A DNA stretch of 64,000 bases, taken from a bacterium. Lineage in GTDB: Bacteria; Krumholzibacteriota; Krumholzibacteriia; LZORAL124-64-63. The stretch covers positions 12,552-76,551 of the forward strand of contig PIVY01000002.1 in assembly GCA_003353795.1 (NCBI GenBank). Reading direction: 5' to 3'. The position numbers were made by a program, and so were the translations under genes. This document shows positions 1-9,450 of the stretch, in pieces (within the stretch, counting starts at the first letter, position 1; each line of letters starts with the position of its first letter). Under the pieces are notes generated by a model that did not search any database, was not told where the DNA came from, and saw only the letters and a program-made list of their open reading frames with translations.

Positions 1-4
1 CAAC

Positions 5-2104
5 GTGGAGATCGATCCGCTGGGCATCCCGGTGGGCGTGACCACGCCGGTCACCATCATCGTGACCGATCCCGACACCGGCGACGGCATGGACGTGATG
101 ATCGACGTCTCCGGTTTCGGCTTCGACGCTACGGCCGTGCAGACCGATGCGTTCGGACGCGTCACCATCGATGTCACTCCCGAGTATGGCGAGACGCTGG
201 TCGTGCGCGGCCAGGAGGTCGGCGCCACCTACTTCATGTTCCACGAGGATCTGGTGGTCACCGGCGCCGGCGTGCTCGGCGATCCCGCCGTGACCGCGGG
301 CGTGCCGGCCATCGGTCTGGACGGAGCGCTGACGCCGCACATCGAGGGCGAGATCACGGCCTCGATCCGCAATCAGGGCTTCACGCTCTTCCTCGCCGGG
401 GGCGGTCGCAACGACGTGTACGAGTCGCCGGGCACCAGCCTCACCGTTCCGTTCACGCCCACCGACCTGAGTGACGTGACGGCCACCATCGCGAGCCCCG
501 GATTCGGCATCTTCCAGCAGCAGATCGCCGTGGTGGAAGCCTTCGGCACGATCAGCGGAACCGTGGTCGACGCGGATGCCGGTCAGGCGCCCGTCGAGGG
601 CGCGCGGGTTTCCGGGTTCGCGCAGGGAGCCGATCCCCAGGGCGTGCCGCTGTTCGATCTGGTGAGCGGCGTCGACGGTTCCTTCGCCTTCGCCGACGAC
701 CTGGCGGTGGGCTACTACGACCTCTACGTGGAAAAATTCGGCTACCTGTCGCACCAGGAGATCTACTTCCAGACCTACGGGGCGGCGACCCACGGCGTGG
801 CCTTGAATCAGGCCCCGTCCGGGACGCTGTCCGGCGTGGTGACCTCGGCCGATCTGGGCACCCCGCTGGCCGGCGAGGTGAGCATCTTCCGGTCGGACAA
901 CGGCGACCTGTATGACTCGGCGACTGCCGATGTCCTCACCGGCGCCTACACCACCGGCCCGTTGCCATTCTTCGATTACGAGGTGCGCGTGACCGCGCCA
1001 GGCCATATGCCGCTCGACGAATCGGTGACCATCGCCGCAGTGAACGTGACTGCCGACTTCGCCCTGGCCGGAACGGTGGCCGACGTGCTCGTGCTGGACG
1101 ACAACAGCGCCGAGCCGCGACAGGTGCCGGCCAAGTTCGCCGCCGACGGAGCCTTCCTCGCGTCCGGCTATCCGGCCGCAGCCGACCGTGCTGCCGGCGA
1201 CCTGGTCGCGGCGCTGGAGTACCAGGGCTACGCGGTGGTGCTCGAAAGCGCCGCGGTCAGCGATCCGGCGACCTGGACCCAATACGGCATGGTGCTCGTG
1301 TCGGCGGGTTCCAATACCGGCGCCCTGGGCAGCGCCACCTTCCGCGCCGACCTGAGGACGTACTCCGAGGCGGGTGGCCGACTCATGGTCGAGGGCGGCG
1401 AGGTGGCCTACAACGTCAACTACAGCGACGTCGATTTCATGAACGAGGTGCTGTACGTGTCTGCCTGGAACGGCGACCAGAGCGGGGCGGTGGCGGTGGA
1501 GGATCCGCTGCATGCGGTGGTCACCGTGCCCAACGCCGTGACCGGTACCATCGCCAACAACTACTCCGGCTACGGCGACGCCGACCGGGCCACCCCCGCC
1601 GATCTCGGCCACATGGTGTGCGACTGGACCACCTATGCCGGCACGGCCAGCGTCATCGTCCACGACGACGACGCCGATCCGGCGTTCGGCCAGTTCGTGT
1701 TCTTCCTGTTCAACTACAGCTCCATGGGCAGCGGAGCCGCCGAGTTGCTGGAGAACGCGGTCCACTACCTCGTCGGCGCGCCGGCGCCCCTCGACACCAC
1801 GCCGGTGGACGACCAGCGCATTCCCACGGCGCTGGCCCTGCACGGCAACCATCCGAACCCGTTCAATCCGAAGACGGTGATCCGGTTCGCCCTGCCGGCC
1901 ACCGCGGACGTGACCCTCGCCGTCTACGACGTGCGCGGTCAGCGGGTGCGCACGCTGCTGCGGGATGCCCTCGAAGCCGGTCAGCACGAGGCGGTGTGGT
2001 TGGGGCGGGACGACACCGGTCGTCAGGTGGCCAGCGGCGCCTACTTCTACCGTCTCACCGCGGGGGGCGAGCAACTGGTGGGCAAGATGCTACTGGTGAA
2101 ATAG
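5..2104 (+). CDS. Secreted repeat protein, 5'-truncated at the window edge. It has CarboxypepD_reg-like/Ig-like segments and a C-terminal Por_Secre_tail/FlgD-Ig-like sorting domain.
   Basis: The ORF runs from the window start without a start codon. The last ~85 aa are 'HPNPFNPKTVIRF...VYDVRGQRV...SGAYFYRL...KMLLVK', which fits the T9SS-type C-terminal sorting domain consensus. An internal segment 'DGSFAF...GYYDLYVEKFGY' looks CarboxypepD_reg-like. Confidence 0.6.
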   Translation: MEIDPLGIPVGVTTPVTIIVTDPDTGDGMDVMIDVSGFGFDATAVQTDAFGRVTIDVTPEYGETLVVRGQEVGATYFMFHEDLVVTGAGVLGDPAVTAGVPAIGLDGALTPHIEGEITASIRNQGFTLFLAGGGRNDVYESPGTSLTVPFTPTDLSDVTATIASPGFGIFQQQIAVVEAFGTISGTVVDADAGQAPVEGARVSGFAQGADPQGVPLFDLVSGVDGSFAFADDLAVGYYDLYVEKFGYLSHQEIYFQTYGAATHGVALNQAPSGTLSGVVTSADLGTPLAGEVSIFRSDNGDLYDSATADVLTGAYTTGPLPFFDYEVRVTAPGHMPLDESVTIAAVNVTADFALAGTVADVLVLDDNSAEPRQVPAKFAADGAFLASGYPAAADRAAGDLVAALEYQGYAVVLESAAVSDPATWTQYGMVLVSAGSNTGALGSATFRADLRTYSEAGGRLMVEGGEVAYNVNYSDVDFMNEVLYVSAWNGDQSGAVAVEDPLHAVVTVPNAVTGTIANNYSGYGDADRATPADLGHMVCDWTTYAGTASVIVHDDDADPAFGQFVFFLFNYSSMGSGAAELLENAVHYLVGAPAPLDTTPVDDQRIPTALALHGNHPNPFNPKTVIRFALPATADVTLAVYDVRGQRVRTLLRDALEAGQHEAVWLGRDDTGRQVASGAYFYRLTAGGEQLVGKMLLVK

Positions 2105-2142
2105 CCGTTCTCGAGAGTCTTTCGCGACAGTTTTGCGAGACG

Positions 2143-2178
2143 GACCCCGGCCGAAATGGTCGGGGTTCGTTTTTTCTT
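2143..2178 (+). terminator. Rho-independent terminator downstream of the first CDS.
   Basis: The sequence is GACCCCGGCCgaaatGGTCGGGGTTCGTTTTTTCTTTC: a GC-rich hairpin followed by a T-run. Confidence 0.6.
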
Positions 2179-2293
2179 TCTCGAATCGTCGCGGGCTATT
2201 GATCTTGTGATGCCGATTAACGAAATTCATCGGCGTACTTCACGCCGCGCGCGATGCGCGGCTCGTCCGACAACATTCCGAGGGGGAGAACCC

Positions 2294-2914
2294 ATGTCTC
2301 GCCATTGCCTCGTCCTGCTCGCCATCATCATCCTCGCCACCGCCGCCCACGCCATCGACGAACCCGAGGATCTGGGTTTCGGCGTCCTCGGCGTCTTCAC
2401 TGCTCCCGAGGTCGGCGACGACGTCTACGACTACCACATCGACGTGTCGGCCGGCCAGCCGGTCGACCTGTACTTCACGCTCTATCACCATCGCCTGGCC
2501 AGCACCCAGATGGGTGGCTTCGAGTTCACCTGGGAAGTGCTGCCGGGCAACCTGGACTACCTGGTCCTCGACGCGGAACTGCTGGTCTGGGACTCCTTCA
2601 ACTTCGGAGACTCGAACAACCTGATCGTGGGCGTGCGCCTGCCGACGACCTACAACTTCAATCCCATTCCGCTGGTCAAGGTCACGATCATGTTCACCGA
2701 GGCTCCCGACGGTGCGTCCATTCGCCTGCAGCCGTCGTGGCTGGAGTCCATCGCCGGCGAGATGGCCTACGCCGGCTACCGCCTGCCCGACGACCTGCTG
2801 ATCATGCGGCCCAACAATGCGAACCAGTCACTGGACGATCCCGTGTTCTGGTTCAACCCCAGCGTTGCCGTTGAGAATCACAGCTTATCAAGCGTGAAGG
2901 CGCTGTTCGACTAG
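2294..2914 (+). CDS. Hypothetical secreted protein of about 206 aa.
   Basis: An ATG at 2294 follows a GGGGGAG ribosome-binding site. The N-terminus 'MSRHCLVLLAIIILATAAHA' is signal-peptide-like. Coding is contiguous, and the upstream part of the table ORF overlaps the terminator. Confidence 0.5.
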   Translation: MSRHCLVLLAIIILATAAHAIDEPEDLGFGVLGVFTAPEVGDDVYDYHIDVSAGQPVDLYFTLYHHRLASTQMGGFEFTWEVLPGNLDYLVLDAELLVWDSFNFGDSNNLIVGVRLPTTYNFNPIPLVKVTIMFTEAPDGASIRLQPSWLESIAGEMAYAGYRLPDDLLIMRPNNANQSLDDPVFWFNPSVAVENHSLSSVKALFD

Positions 2915-2935
2915 CCCGCTCCGGTTCCGACACGA

Positions 2936-2975
2936 AGGGCCCGCTCTCGGCAAGAGCGGGCCCTTTCTCTTTGGC
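2936..2975. terminator. Bidirectional hairpin terminator between convergent genes.
   Basis: The sequence is GGGCCCGCTCTcggcaagAGCGGGCCC followed by TTTCTCTTTGG. It sits between the + gene ending at 2914 and the - gene ending at 2991. Confidence 0.55.
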
Positions 2976-2990
2976 GATTGTCGCCGCGGA

Positions 2991-3605
2991 TCAGGCGAGC
3001 TGGAGGTCGATCTCGCCGCACTCGATGAGCGGGTGCACGTCCAGGCGGTTGCGCAGGTCAAGGACCAGATCGAAGCGTCCGGCCAGGATACCCGAACCGG
3101 TGGATTCGAAATCGTGCACCGCCGTGTACGACTCGATTCCCTTGGCCTCCGGGTCCGTCTCCACCTTGCGTTCGAGATCCGTGAGCTTCACGCCGCGCGG
3201 CAGATCCTTCAGCAGGATCTGGACCTCATCGTCGTAGCGCTTGGCATACGTGTGATACCGCACCTCGGCCCGCGCCTGCTTGATCCGCTTGACGGCGACC
3301 ACCACGCCGATCCCCTCCGCGGCGATGCGGCGTGTGGCGGCGCGCAGCACCTTGGCCAGCGGCGCTTCGACCACCGCCCGCACCTCGGAGACCGGCAGCA
3401 GGTGCAGCTTTTCGGCGGCGCGGCGCATGGAGGCCGACCGGTCGCCGGGAGCGATGTCCTCGTCCTGGTGGTACCAGCAGCAATGCTCCAGGTCGTGCCC
3501 CAGAGACAGGCCGGCGATCAGACCCCGCACGGCCTTGGGCGAACCCTTGATGACCACCTCGTAGTAGGCGGCCGCCGGCGTCCTCGTCTTGATGTTCTTG
3601 GCCAT
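2991..3605 (-). CDS. Hypothetical protein of 204 aa, co-operonic with and downstream of the NhaD-type transporter.
   Basis: The ORF is intact. A 16-nt spacer separates it from the upstream transporter gene on the same strand. I could not recognise a family. Confidence 0.5.
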   Translation of the reverse strand: MAKNIKTRTPAAAYYEVVIKGSPKAVRGLIAGLSLGHDLEHCCWYHQDEDIAPGDRSASMRRAAEKLHLLPVSEVRAVVEAPLAKVLRAATRRIAAEGIGVVVAVKRIKQARAEVRYHTYAKRYDDEVQILLKDLPRGVKLTDLERKVETDPEAKGIESYTAVHDFESTGSGILAGRFDLVLDLRNRLDVHPLIECGEIDLQLA

Positions 3606-3621
3606 GACGTCGCTCCTCGGG

Positions 3622-5169
3622 CTACAGGAAGAAGACGAAGGTCACCAGCACGAAGGTCGGGAGCAGGTAGACCAGCGCGTACTTGAACAGGTAGCCGAAG
3701 AAGCTGGGCATGGGGATGCCCTGTTCCTCGGCGATGGACTTGACCATGAAGTTGGGCGCGTTACCGATGTAGGTGTTGGCGCCCATGAACACCGCGCCGG
3801 CCGAGATGGCGGTCAAAGTCTTGATGAAATCGGGGTTGCGCGCCGCCTCGTCGGCGTAGCCGAGCATGTCGTCGACCATGGACTCGGGCATGCCGAGTTG
3901 GCCGAGGGCCGCGTTGAAGAAGGTCAGGTAGGTGGGGGCGTTGTCCAGGAACGACGAGAGCCCGCCCGTGACCCAGAAGTACTGCCAGGGCTCCTGGACC
4001 GCGGTCACCAGGCCGGCGAGGGCACCGTCGGCGCCCGCCTTCAGGATGGCCAGCGCCGGGATGATCGTCATGAAGATGCCGAAGAAGAGGTAGGCCACTT
4101 CCTGGATCGGGAACCAGTTGAAGCCGTTGGCCTCGCGCAGCATCTTCTTCGTGGTCACCAGGCTCAGCACGCCCATGCCCACGAGGATGAGATCCTTGAT
4201 GATGTTGCCCAGGGGGATCTCCACGTGTCCGTAGACGTGGACGGACGGCAGGCCCTTGGCCATGGCGCTGCCGCTGAAGACCACGCCCGCCATGACACCC
4301 AGCAGGAACAGGAAGTTGTGGGTGCCCTTGAGGGCGATGCCCAGGGTCCCGGAGGGCTTGGGCTTGGTGGTCTCGCGATTGTAGTGGTAGCGGTCCAGGA
4401 AGTAGAACATCACCAGCAGGATGACGACCACGAGGGTCATGTGCTTGAACAGGCCCGTGGTCACCCAGAAGAAGGGCACGCCGTGCAGGAAGCCGAGGAA
4501 CAGCGGCGGGTCGCCCAGGGGCGTGAGGCTGCCGCCGACGTTGGCGACCAGGAAGATGAAGAAGCAGATGATGTGGACCTTGGAGGATCGCCATTCGTTG
4601 GCGCGCAGCAGGGGCCGGATCATCAGCATGGCGGCGCCGGTGGTGCCGATCCACGAGGCCAGGAGCGTGCCCACCAGCAGCACCATCAGGTTGGCCTTGG
4701 GGGTGCCGCGCAGGTCGCCCTCGAGCACGATGCCGCCAGAGATGGTGAACAGCGCCCAGAGCAGGATGATGAACGGCACGTAGTCGGCCAGCATGATGTG
4801 CAGGATCGATTGGGCCGCGTCGCCTCTCATGATGATCAGGAAAGGCACGGCGAAGATCACCGCCCAGGCGAAGCTCACCTTGGGGAAGTGGCGGTGCCAG
4901 AAGTGGGGGGCCACCAGCGGGCCCAGCGCGATGCTCAGGAGCATGCCCACGAACGGCAACACGGTCCACAGGGGGAGCTGGCCCACGGGGTCGACGTGGT
5001 GGTCGCCCACACCGTGGGCGTCCACGCCGTGTCCGTCGTCGACCGCTGCGGCGTGTTCGCCGTGTTGCTGCGCGTGGGCGGGATCCAGAAGGGATCCGGC
5101 CCACAAAATGACGGCGGACAGGGTGACCAGGACGAGGATCCTGATCGTGAAGGAGCGGGGTGATTTCAT
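3622..5169 (-). CDS. nhaD: NhaD/ArsB-superfamily Na+/H+ antiporter-like membrane transporter with a His-rich N-terminal region.
   Basis: The protein is polytopic and carries the motif 'GGSLTPLGDPPLFLGF', which is typical of NhaD. A start at the ATG at 5169 (MKSPRS) with a GGGAGG ribosome-binding site gives a signal/TM segment. After it comes 'AHAQQHGEHAAAVDDGHGVDAHGVGDHHVD'. Confidence 0.7.
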   Translation of the reverse strand: MKSPRSFTIRILVLVTLSAVILWAGSLLDPAHAQQHGEHAAAVDDGHGVDAHGVGDHHVDPVGQLPLWTVLPFVGMLLSIALGPLVAPHFWHRHFPKVSFAWAVIFAVPFLIIMRGDAAQSILHIMLADYVPFIILLWALFTISGGIVLEGDLRGTPKANLMVLLVGTLLASWIGTTGAAMLMIRPLLRANEWRSSKVHIICFFIFLVANVGGSLTPLGDPPLFLGFLHGVPFFWVTTGLFKHMTLVVVILLVMFYFLDRYHYNRETTKPKPSGTLGIALKGTHNFLFLLGVMAGVVFSGSAMAKGLPSVHVYGHVEIPLGNIIKDLILVGMGVLSLVTTKKMLREANGFNWFPIQEVAYLFFGIFMTIIPALAILKAGADGALAGLVTAVQEPWQYFWVTGGLSSFLDNAPTYLTFFNAALGQLGMPESMVDDMLGYADEAARNPDFIKTLTAISAGAVFMGANTYIGNAPNFMVKSIAEEQGIPMPSFFGYLFKYALVYLLPTFVLVTFVFFL

Positions 5170-5337
5170 GGTGCCTCCCGAAGAGGGTGACGAGCAGGCC
5201 GGAATCCCGGGGCCGGCGCGGGCCGGCGGCGGTGTCGGTCGCGTGCTGGTGCCCGGCAGGAACCTAGAATATGATGCAGTGGCTGTCAAACTCAGCCTGA
5301 CGAGGCTGCAAGGTCGTTGCCGGAAGGCCCGGAAGTC

Positions 5338-6483
5338 ATGCGAATCGCCATGTTCAGTTCGCAGATGGCGTACTACGGAGGCGAGGTCCACCTGAGGGAT
5401 CTCGCTCACGGTCTGCGCGAGCGTGGTCACGAGGTCGTCGGATTCGTGAGGCCCGGCAGCGCTCTCGAACGACGTCTGCAGACCGACGGCCATACCGTGC
5501 ACGCGTTGCCCCTGGTGGACTGGTACGAGCCGCTGGGCATGGTCAGGTTGGCGCGCCGCCTACGCCGCCTGCAGCCGGACATCCTCCACACCCACAATCC
5601 TCGCGACTACTACGTGGCGGCTGCTGCCACCCTGGGCACCGGCATCCGCAATGTGGGCACGCGACATCAACTCCGGCCCATCACCTGGCCGGGTCTCAAG
5701 CGACCGTTCCTGGACCGGTTCTCCGCCATGATCGCCGTGAGCGAGGCGGTGCGCGACGGCTTGCTGGCCTCGGGCCTTCCGGCGCGCCGCCTGGTAACCG
5801 TGCCCAACGGCATCGGTACGCCGGGGGCCGGGCCGCCGGTGGCGGAACTGCGTCGGGAACTGGGCCTGCCGACGGCGAGCGGTCCGGTGGTGGGATTCGT
5901 GGGGCGGCTCTGTCCCAGCAAGGGGCCCGACACACTGCTCTGGGCCGCGTCGCTGCTGCGTGGTCGCTGGCCCGGACTCCAGGTCGTGCTCGTGGGGGGC
6001 GACACCGGTGATGGCGCCTACACCCGGCGTCTGAGAGAACTGGCCGCCGATCTGCGCCTGCAGGTGCACTTCTGCGGCTATCGCGACGGGGCGGTGCGGC
6101 TGCTGCGCGCCTTCGATCTGCTGGCGGTGCCGTCGCGGGCCGAGCCCTTCGGGCTGGTCACGGCCGAGGCTCTGGCGCAGGCAGTGCCGGTGGTGGCCAC
6201 GCGGTCGGGCGGCAGCCGCGAGGTGGTGCGCCACGAGGAGGACGGTCTGCTGGTGCCGCCGGGCGATCCGGAGGCGCTGGCCGCAGCCGTTCATCGCCTG
6301 CTGGTCGATTCGGCGTTGCGCGACCGTTGCCGCCACGCCGGGCCGCGCCGGGTGGCGGCGCACTTCACCCTGCAGCGGCAGGTGGCGGCCACCGAGAAGG
6401 TCTACGCTCTGGTGCTGGCCGACGCGCCGTTGCCCGCCGATTTCCCGGTGAACGATGCGCTGACGGCCCGCGGCGAGGGCTAG
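5338..6483 (+). CDS. GT4-family glycosyltransferase (GT-B fold).
   Basis: The N-terminus 'MRIAMFSS..YYGG' and the motif 'EPFGLVTAEALAQAVPVVATRSGGSREVV' are typical of GT4 enzymes. Confidence 0.8.
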   Translation: MRIAMFSSQMAYYGGEVHLRDLAHGLRERGHEVVGFVRPGSALERRLQTDGHTVHALPLVDWYEPLGMVRLARRLRRLQPDILHTHNPRDYYVAAAATLGTGIRNVGTRHQLRPITWPGLKRPFLDRFSAMIAVSEAVRDGLLASGLPARRLVTVPNGIGTPGAGPPVAELRRELGLPTASGPVVGFVGRLCPSKGPDTLLWAASLLRGRWPGLQVVLVGGDTGDGAYTRRLRELAADLRLQVHFCGYRDGAVRLLRAFDLLAVPSRAEPFGLVTAEALAQAVPVVATRSGGSREVVRHEEDGLLVPPGDPEALAAAVHRLLVDSALRDRCRHAGPRRVAAHFTLQRQVAATEKVYALVLADAPLPADFPVNDALTARGEG

Positions 6484-7133
6484 GACGTCAGGCTGCGGAT
6501 CACCGGCCCGATGCCGTCGATCACCAGTTGCACGGCGATCACCGTCAGCAGCAATCCCATGAGCTTCTCGATGATACGCAGGCCGGTGCGGCCGAGGCGC
6601 CCGAGCACGCGATCGGCGCCGGCGAGGATGAGCCCGGTGATGATCAGGATCAGGAGGACCGCCGCGGTCACCAGGAGGGCGCCGGTGGGGCCTTCCACCT
6701 GGGGGCGGAGCACCATGACGGTGGTGATGGAGCCGGGCCCGGCCAGTAACGGGATGGCCAGCGGCGTGATGGACGGATCCTCTTCTTCGTCCTCTTCCTG
6801 GGCCGCCTCCTGATCGCGGGCGAAGGCGCGGTTGATGCCCGTACGCCAGCGCCGCGGCTGGCTCTGCAGCATGTCCAGGCCGATGCCGAAGAAGATCACG
6901 CCGCCGGCGATGCGGAAGGCGTCGATGGTGATGCCGAAGAGGTGCAGCAGTTGCGGCCCGAACCAGACGAAGACCGAGAGCACGCAGAAGGCCACGACCA
7001 GCGCCCGCCAGAGGGTGCGGCGCTTCTGGCCGTTCTTCATGTGCGACGTCAGCCCGCTGAAGAAGGGGATGCACCCCAGCGGGTCGATGACCGCGAAGAG
7101 GGAAGAGACCGAGAGCAGGACGAATGTGATCAT
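6480..7133 (-). CDS. marC: MarC-family (UPF0056) integral membrane protein.
   Basis: The protein begins 'MITFVLLSVSSLFAVIDPLGCIPFF...' and has multiple TM segments with an acidic central loop. The start was chosen at the ATG at 7133. Confidence 0.7.
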   Translation of the reverse strand: MITFVLLSVSSLFAVIDPLGCIPFFSGLTSHMKNGQKRRTLWRALVVAFCVLSVFVWFGPQLLHLFGITIDAFRIAGGVIFFGIGLDMLQSQPRRWRTGINRAFARDQEAAQEEDEEEDPSITPLAIPLLAGPGSITTVMVLRPQVEGPTGALLVTAAVLLILIITGLILAGADRVLGRLGRTGLRIIEKLMGLLLTVIAVQLVIDGIGPVIRSLTS

Positions 7134-7299
7134 TTGCGGACCTCCAGGGCCTGCGTGCCACCATCTGGCGGCGCAAGATAGCCAACGGCCCGCGCCGGGC
7201 AAGGGAAATCAGCTCGGGGCCCTGCGTCGTGGTCGGAACTTGCCGTCGGTGGCGTTCCCGGTTTCAATGGCCGAGTGCCCTCTTGCCCGGAAGGTGACC

Positions 7300-8070
7300 A
7301 TGAATCGCATCGCTCGAGTCCTCGGTTTCTGCTTTCTGACGGTGCCGGCACTGGTGGCCGCGGTGGAGCGGCCGCTGGTCTCCGATCGTCCCACCCAGAC
7401 CTTCAGCGCACTGACCGTGCCCGCGGGGCGGGTCCAGAACGAGTTGGGCTATTCCCACGACCAGACCGGCGACGTCACCCTCGACAAGGTCGGCGAGTGG
7501 TACTTCCGCTGGGGCGTGGTCCGTGACTTTGAGATCTTCGTGGAGATCGGCAGCCTCGCCTGGGAGGAGACGGCAGGCGCCGGAACCGTCCACGGCTGGA
7601 CCGACGGCGGACTCGGTCTGCGCTGGACCAGTCAGCACGGCGAGGGGGCTCGGCCCACCGCGGCGCTTCTAGCCAGTACGACGTTGCCCACCGGAGGCGC
7701 GGACTTCAGCGAGGACACGCTGCAGCCGGAGGTCATCATCGCCATGGAGTGGGGACTGGGAGGCGGCGTGGCGCTGTCGTCGAACGTGGCCTGGGCCTGG
7801 GCCAGCGAGGACCTGGAACGGTTCGATCGCTGGTGGGGCAGCCTGGTGCTCGACGTGAATCTGGGCCGCGGATTCGGGCTGTTCACGGAGGGGTTCGGTT
7901 ACCTGAGCGAGCGGCCGGACGGCCCTTCCACCGGATATCTGAACGCCGGAGTCAGCTATCTCGTCTCGTCGCGGGTCTTGCTGGACGCCAGGGTCGAGCT
8001 GGGGCGCAACGGCCTCGATGACGACTGGCTCGTCGGCGTGGGAGCGTCGTGGCGGTCGGCGGGTCCGTGA
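7300..8070 (+). CDS. Secreted protein that is probably a small outer-membrane beta-barrel.
   Basis: An ATG at 7300 follows GGAAGGTGA. The signal peptide is 'MNRIARVLGFCFLTVPALVAA'. The composition is rich in alternating aromatic/Gly beta-strand residues and the protein ends in an aromatic-rich C-terminus. Confidence 0.5.
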   Translation: MNRIARVLGFCFLTVPALVAAVERPLVSDRPTQTFSALTVPAGRVQNELGYSHDQTGDVTLDKVGEWYFRWGVVRDFEIFVEIGSLAWEETAGAGTVHGWTDGGLGLRWTSQHGEGARPTAALLASTTLPTGGADFSEDTLQPEVIIAMEWGLGGGVALSSNVAWAWASEDLERFDRWWGSLVLDVNLGRGFGLFTEGFGYLSERPDGPSTGYLNAGVSYLVSSRVLLDARVELGRNGLDDDWLVGVGASWRSAGP

Positions 8071-8326
8071 TCGATGGCGATGGTCGTGTCGGCCCATTCC
8101 ATGCGGCCGAGTCCGGCCACGGCGATCACCGCCCGGAATACGGGTGATTCGTCCCAGGACATGAATTCCATCCCCCAAAAAGTCGTCATTCAAAGGTGTC
8201 GTTGTCTGGTTTCCCCCCGACCGCGCGAGTCGGCGCGGATGTCTGAATTTAGAGACCAGCGAGACCGGGTCAAGCGGCGTAACGTATTTTGCGGATAACA
8301 CTTAGTTGATAACGTGGGGATATCGG

Positions 8327-9355
8327 TCAACCGGCTTCGAAGCCCGTGAGATCCCGCACGCCGCCGAAAAGCGCCACGCTCTCAGCCCCTGCCCGCAGCG
8401 CGCCGGCGACGGCTTGGGCGAGGTCCGCGTCGGTGGGCAGGTGGGGCAGGTAGAGGCCCGCGTGGAGCGGTCGCGCGCCCGCCAGGGCGACCACGCCTTC
8501 CCGCACCGCCGATTCGATCCAGGCGACGTCCTGCTCGTAGAACCCGTGGTAGACCATGGGCAGCACGGCGTCCAGATTCCAGCGAGGCCAGTCCTGCCTG
8601 ACGAGGCGTCGGGCCAGGGTCGGGGTGGGGAAGACCGCCGCGGTGATCTGCTTGTCGCCATCGTGGACCGCGGCCGCGAGGCGGTTCACCAGGGTCGTCA
8701 CCCGTTCCCAGCGAAACTGTCGCCAGGCCGCCGATGCGGTGGGGTCGGCCAGCGCCGCAACATCACTGCCGGTCTCGGCTGCGAAGGCGGCGCGACAGGT
8801 ATCGCAGTAGCAGAAGTCGAACTCCGGCAGCTCGCGGTCCTGGACCAGGCCGTACTTGTCCCAGAGGCCGCGGGGGAGGATGACGTCGGGGTAGCGTACG
8901 TAGTCGAGGTGGACACCAGCGAGGTCATCGTTGGCGGCCAGTTCGGTGACCTGCTGCTCGAGGTGCGCCGCCACTTCCGGCCGCGATGGGCAGAGGAATC
9001 GGTAGTAGGGCACGTACGGAGGATGATCGCGGGTGGACTTGCCCTCGCGACTCACGGCGTAGCAATCGGGGAGTACGTCCATGAGATCGCCGCGGCAGAG
9101 GGTCCACATCCAGGCATGGACTTCGAGTCCCGCTTCCCGCGCCAGGGCGTAGGCGGCCGCCGAGCCGCCGCCCACCAGCACGCGCGCGATTCCGGCGGCG
9201 CGCAGCTCGGCGAATCGGCGACGCAGGTCGGCCGGGTCGGCGTCACGGCGAGCATTGATCCAGGCCCAGTGGCGCCGGGCGGCGCCGGCACGGGCCGTGA
9301 CGGCCAGACCCAGGACGCCGCAGCTCACGAGGTACAGGAAGTCGCGTCGATCCAT
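8327..9355 (-). CDS. Glycoside hydrolase-like family 10 (GHL10, PF02638) protein with a Tat signal.
   Basis: The N-terminus 'MDRRDFLYLVSCGVLGLAVTARA' has a twin-arginine motif. 'HLDYVRYPD' matches the GHL10 core. The protein is paralogous to the ORF at 16157..17332. Confidence 0.65.
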   Translation of the reverse strand: MDRRDFLYLVSCGVLGLAVTARAGAARRHWAWINARRDADPADLRRRFAELRAAGIARVLVGGGSAAAYALAREAGLEVHAWMWTLCRGDLMDVLPDCYAVSREGKSTRDHPPYVPYYRFLCPSRPEVAAHLEQQVTELAANDDLAGVHLDYVRYPDVILPRGLWDKYGLVQDRELPEFDFCYCDTCRAAFAAETGSDVAALADPTASAAWRQFRWERVTTLVNRLAAAVHDGDKQITAAVFPTPTLARRLVRQDWPRWNLDAVLPMVYHGFYEQDVAWIESAVREGVVALAGARPLHAGLYLPHLPTDADLAQAVAGALRAGAESVALFGGVRDLTGFEAG

Positions 9356-9450
9356 GATCGGTCGATTCTAAACCTGCGCGGCCGCCGGGTCTATGAAACA
9401 CCGACGCCGCCCCCTGGAGGAGGCGGCGTCGTGACGATCTTCGCGGTGTC

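Noticed and set aside
3761-5104. 447-aa Arg/Pro-rich ORF on the same strand as, but out of frame with, the NhaD-type transporter gene.
   Set aside because: It has a typical high-GC shadow-ORF composition (RRRPRGP...) with no domain motifs. It fully overlaps a well-supported membrane transporter CDS.
5560-7185. 541-aa ORF antisense to the GT4 glycosyltransferase and MarC genes.
   Set aside because: Its composition is low-complexity Arg/Gly/Pro. It overlaps two confidently recognised genes on the other strand.
8071-8326. A possible tRNA or known riboswitch in the AT-rich gap.
   Set aside because: No acceptor-stem/T-arm pattern and no recognisable riboswitch core were seen. It is retained only as a low-interest finding.
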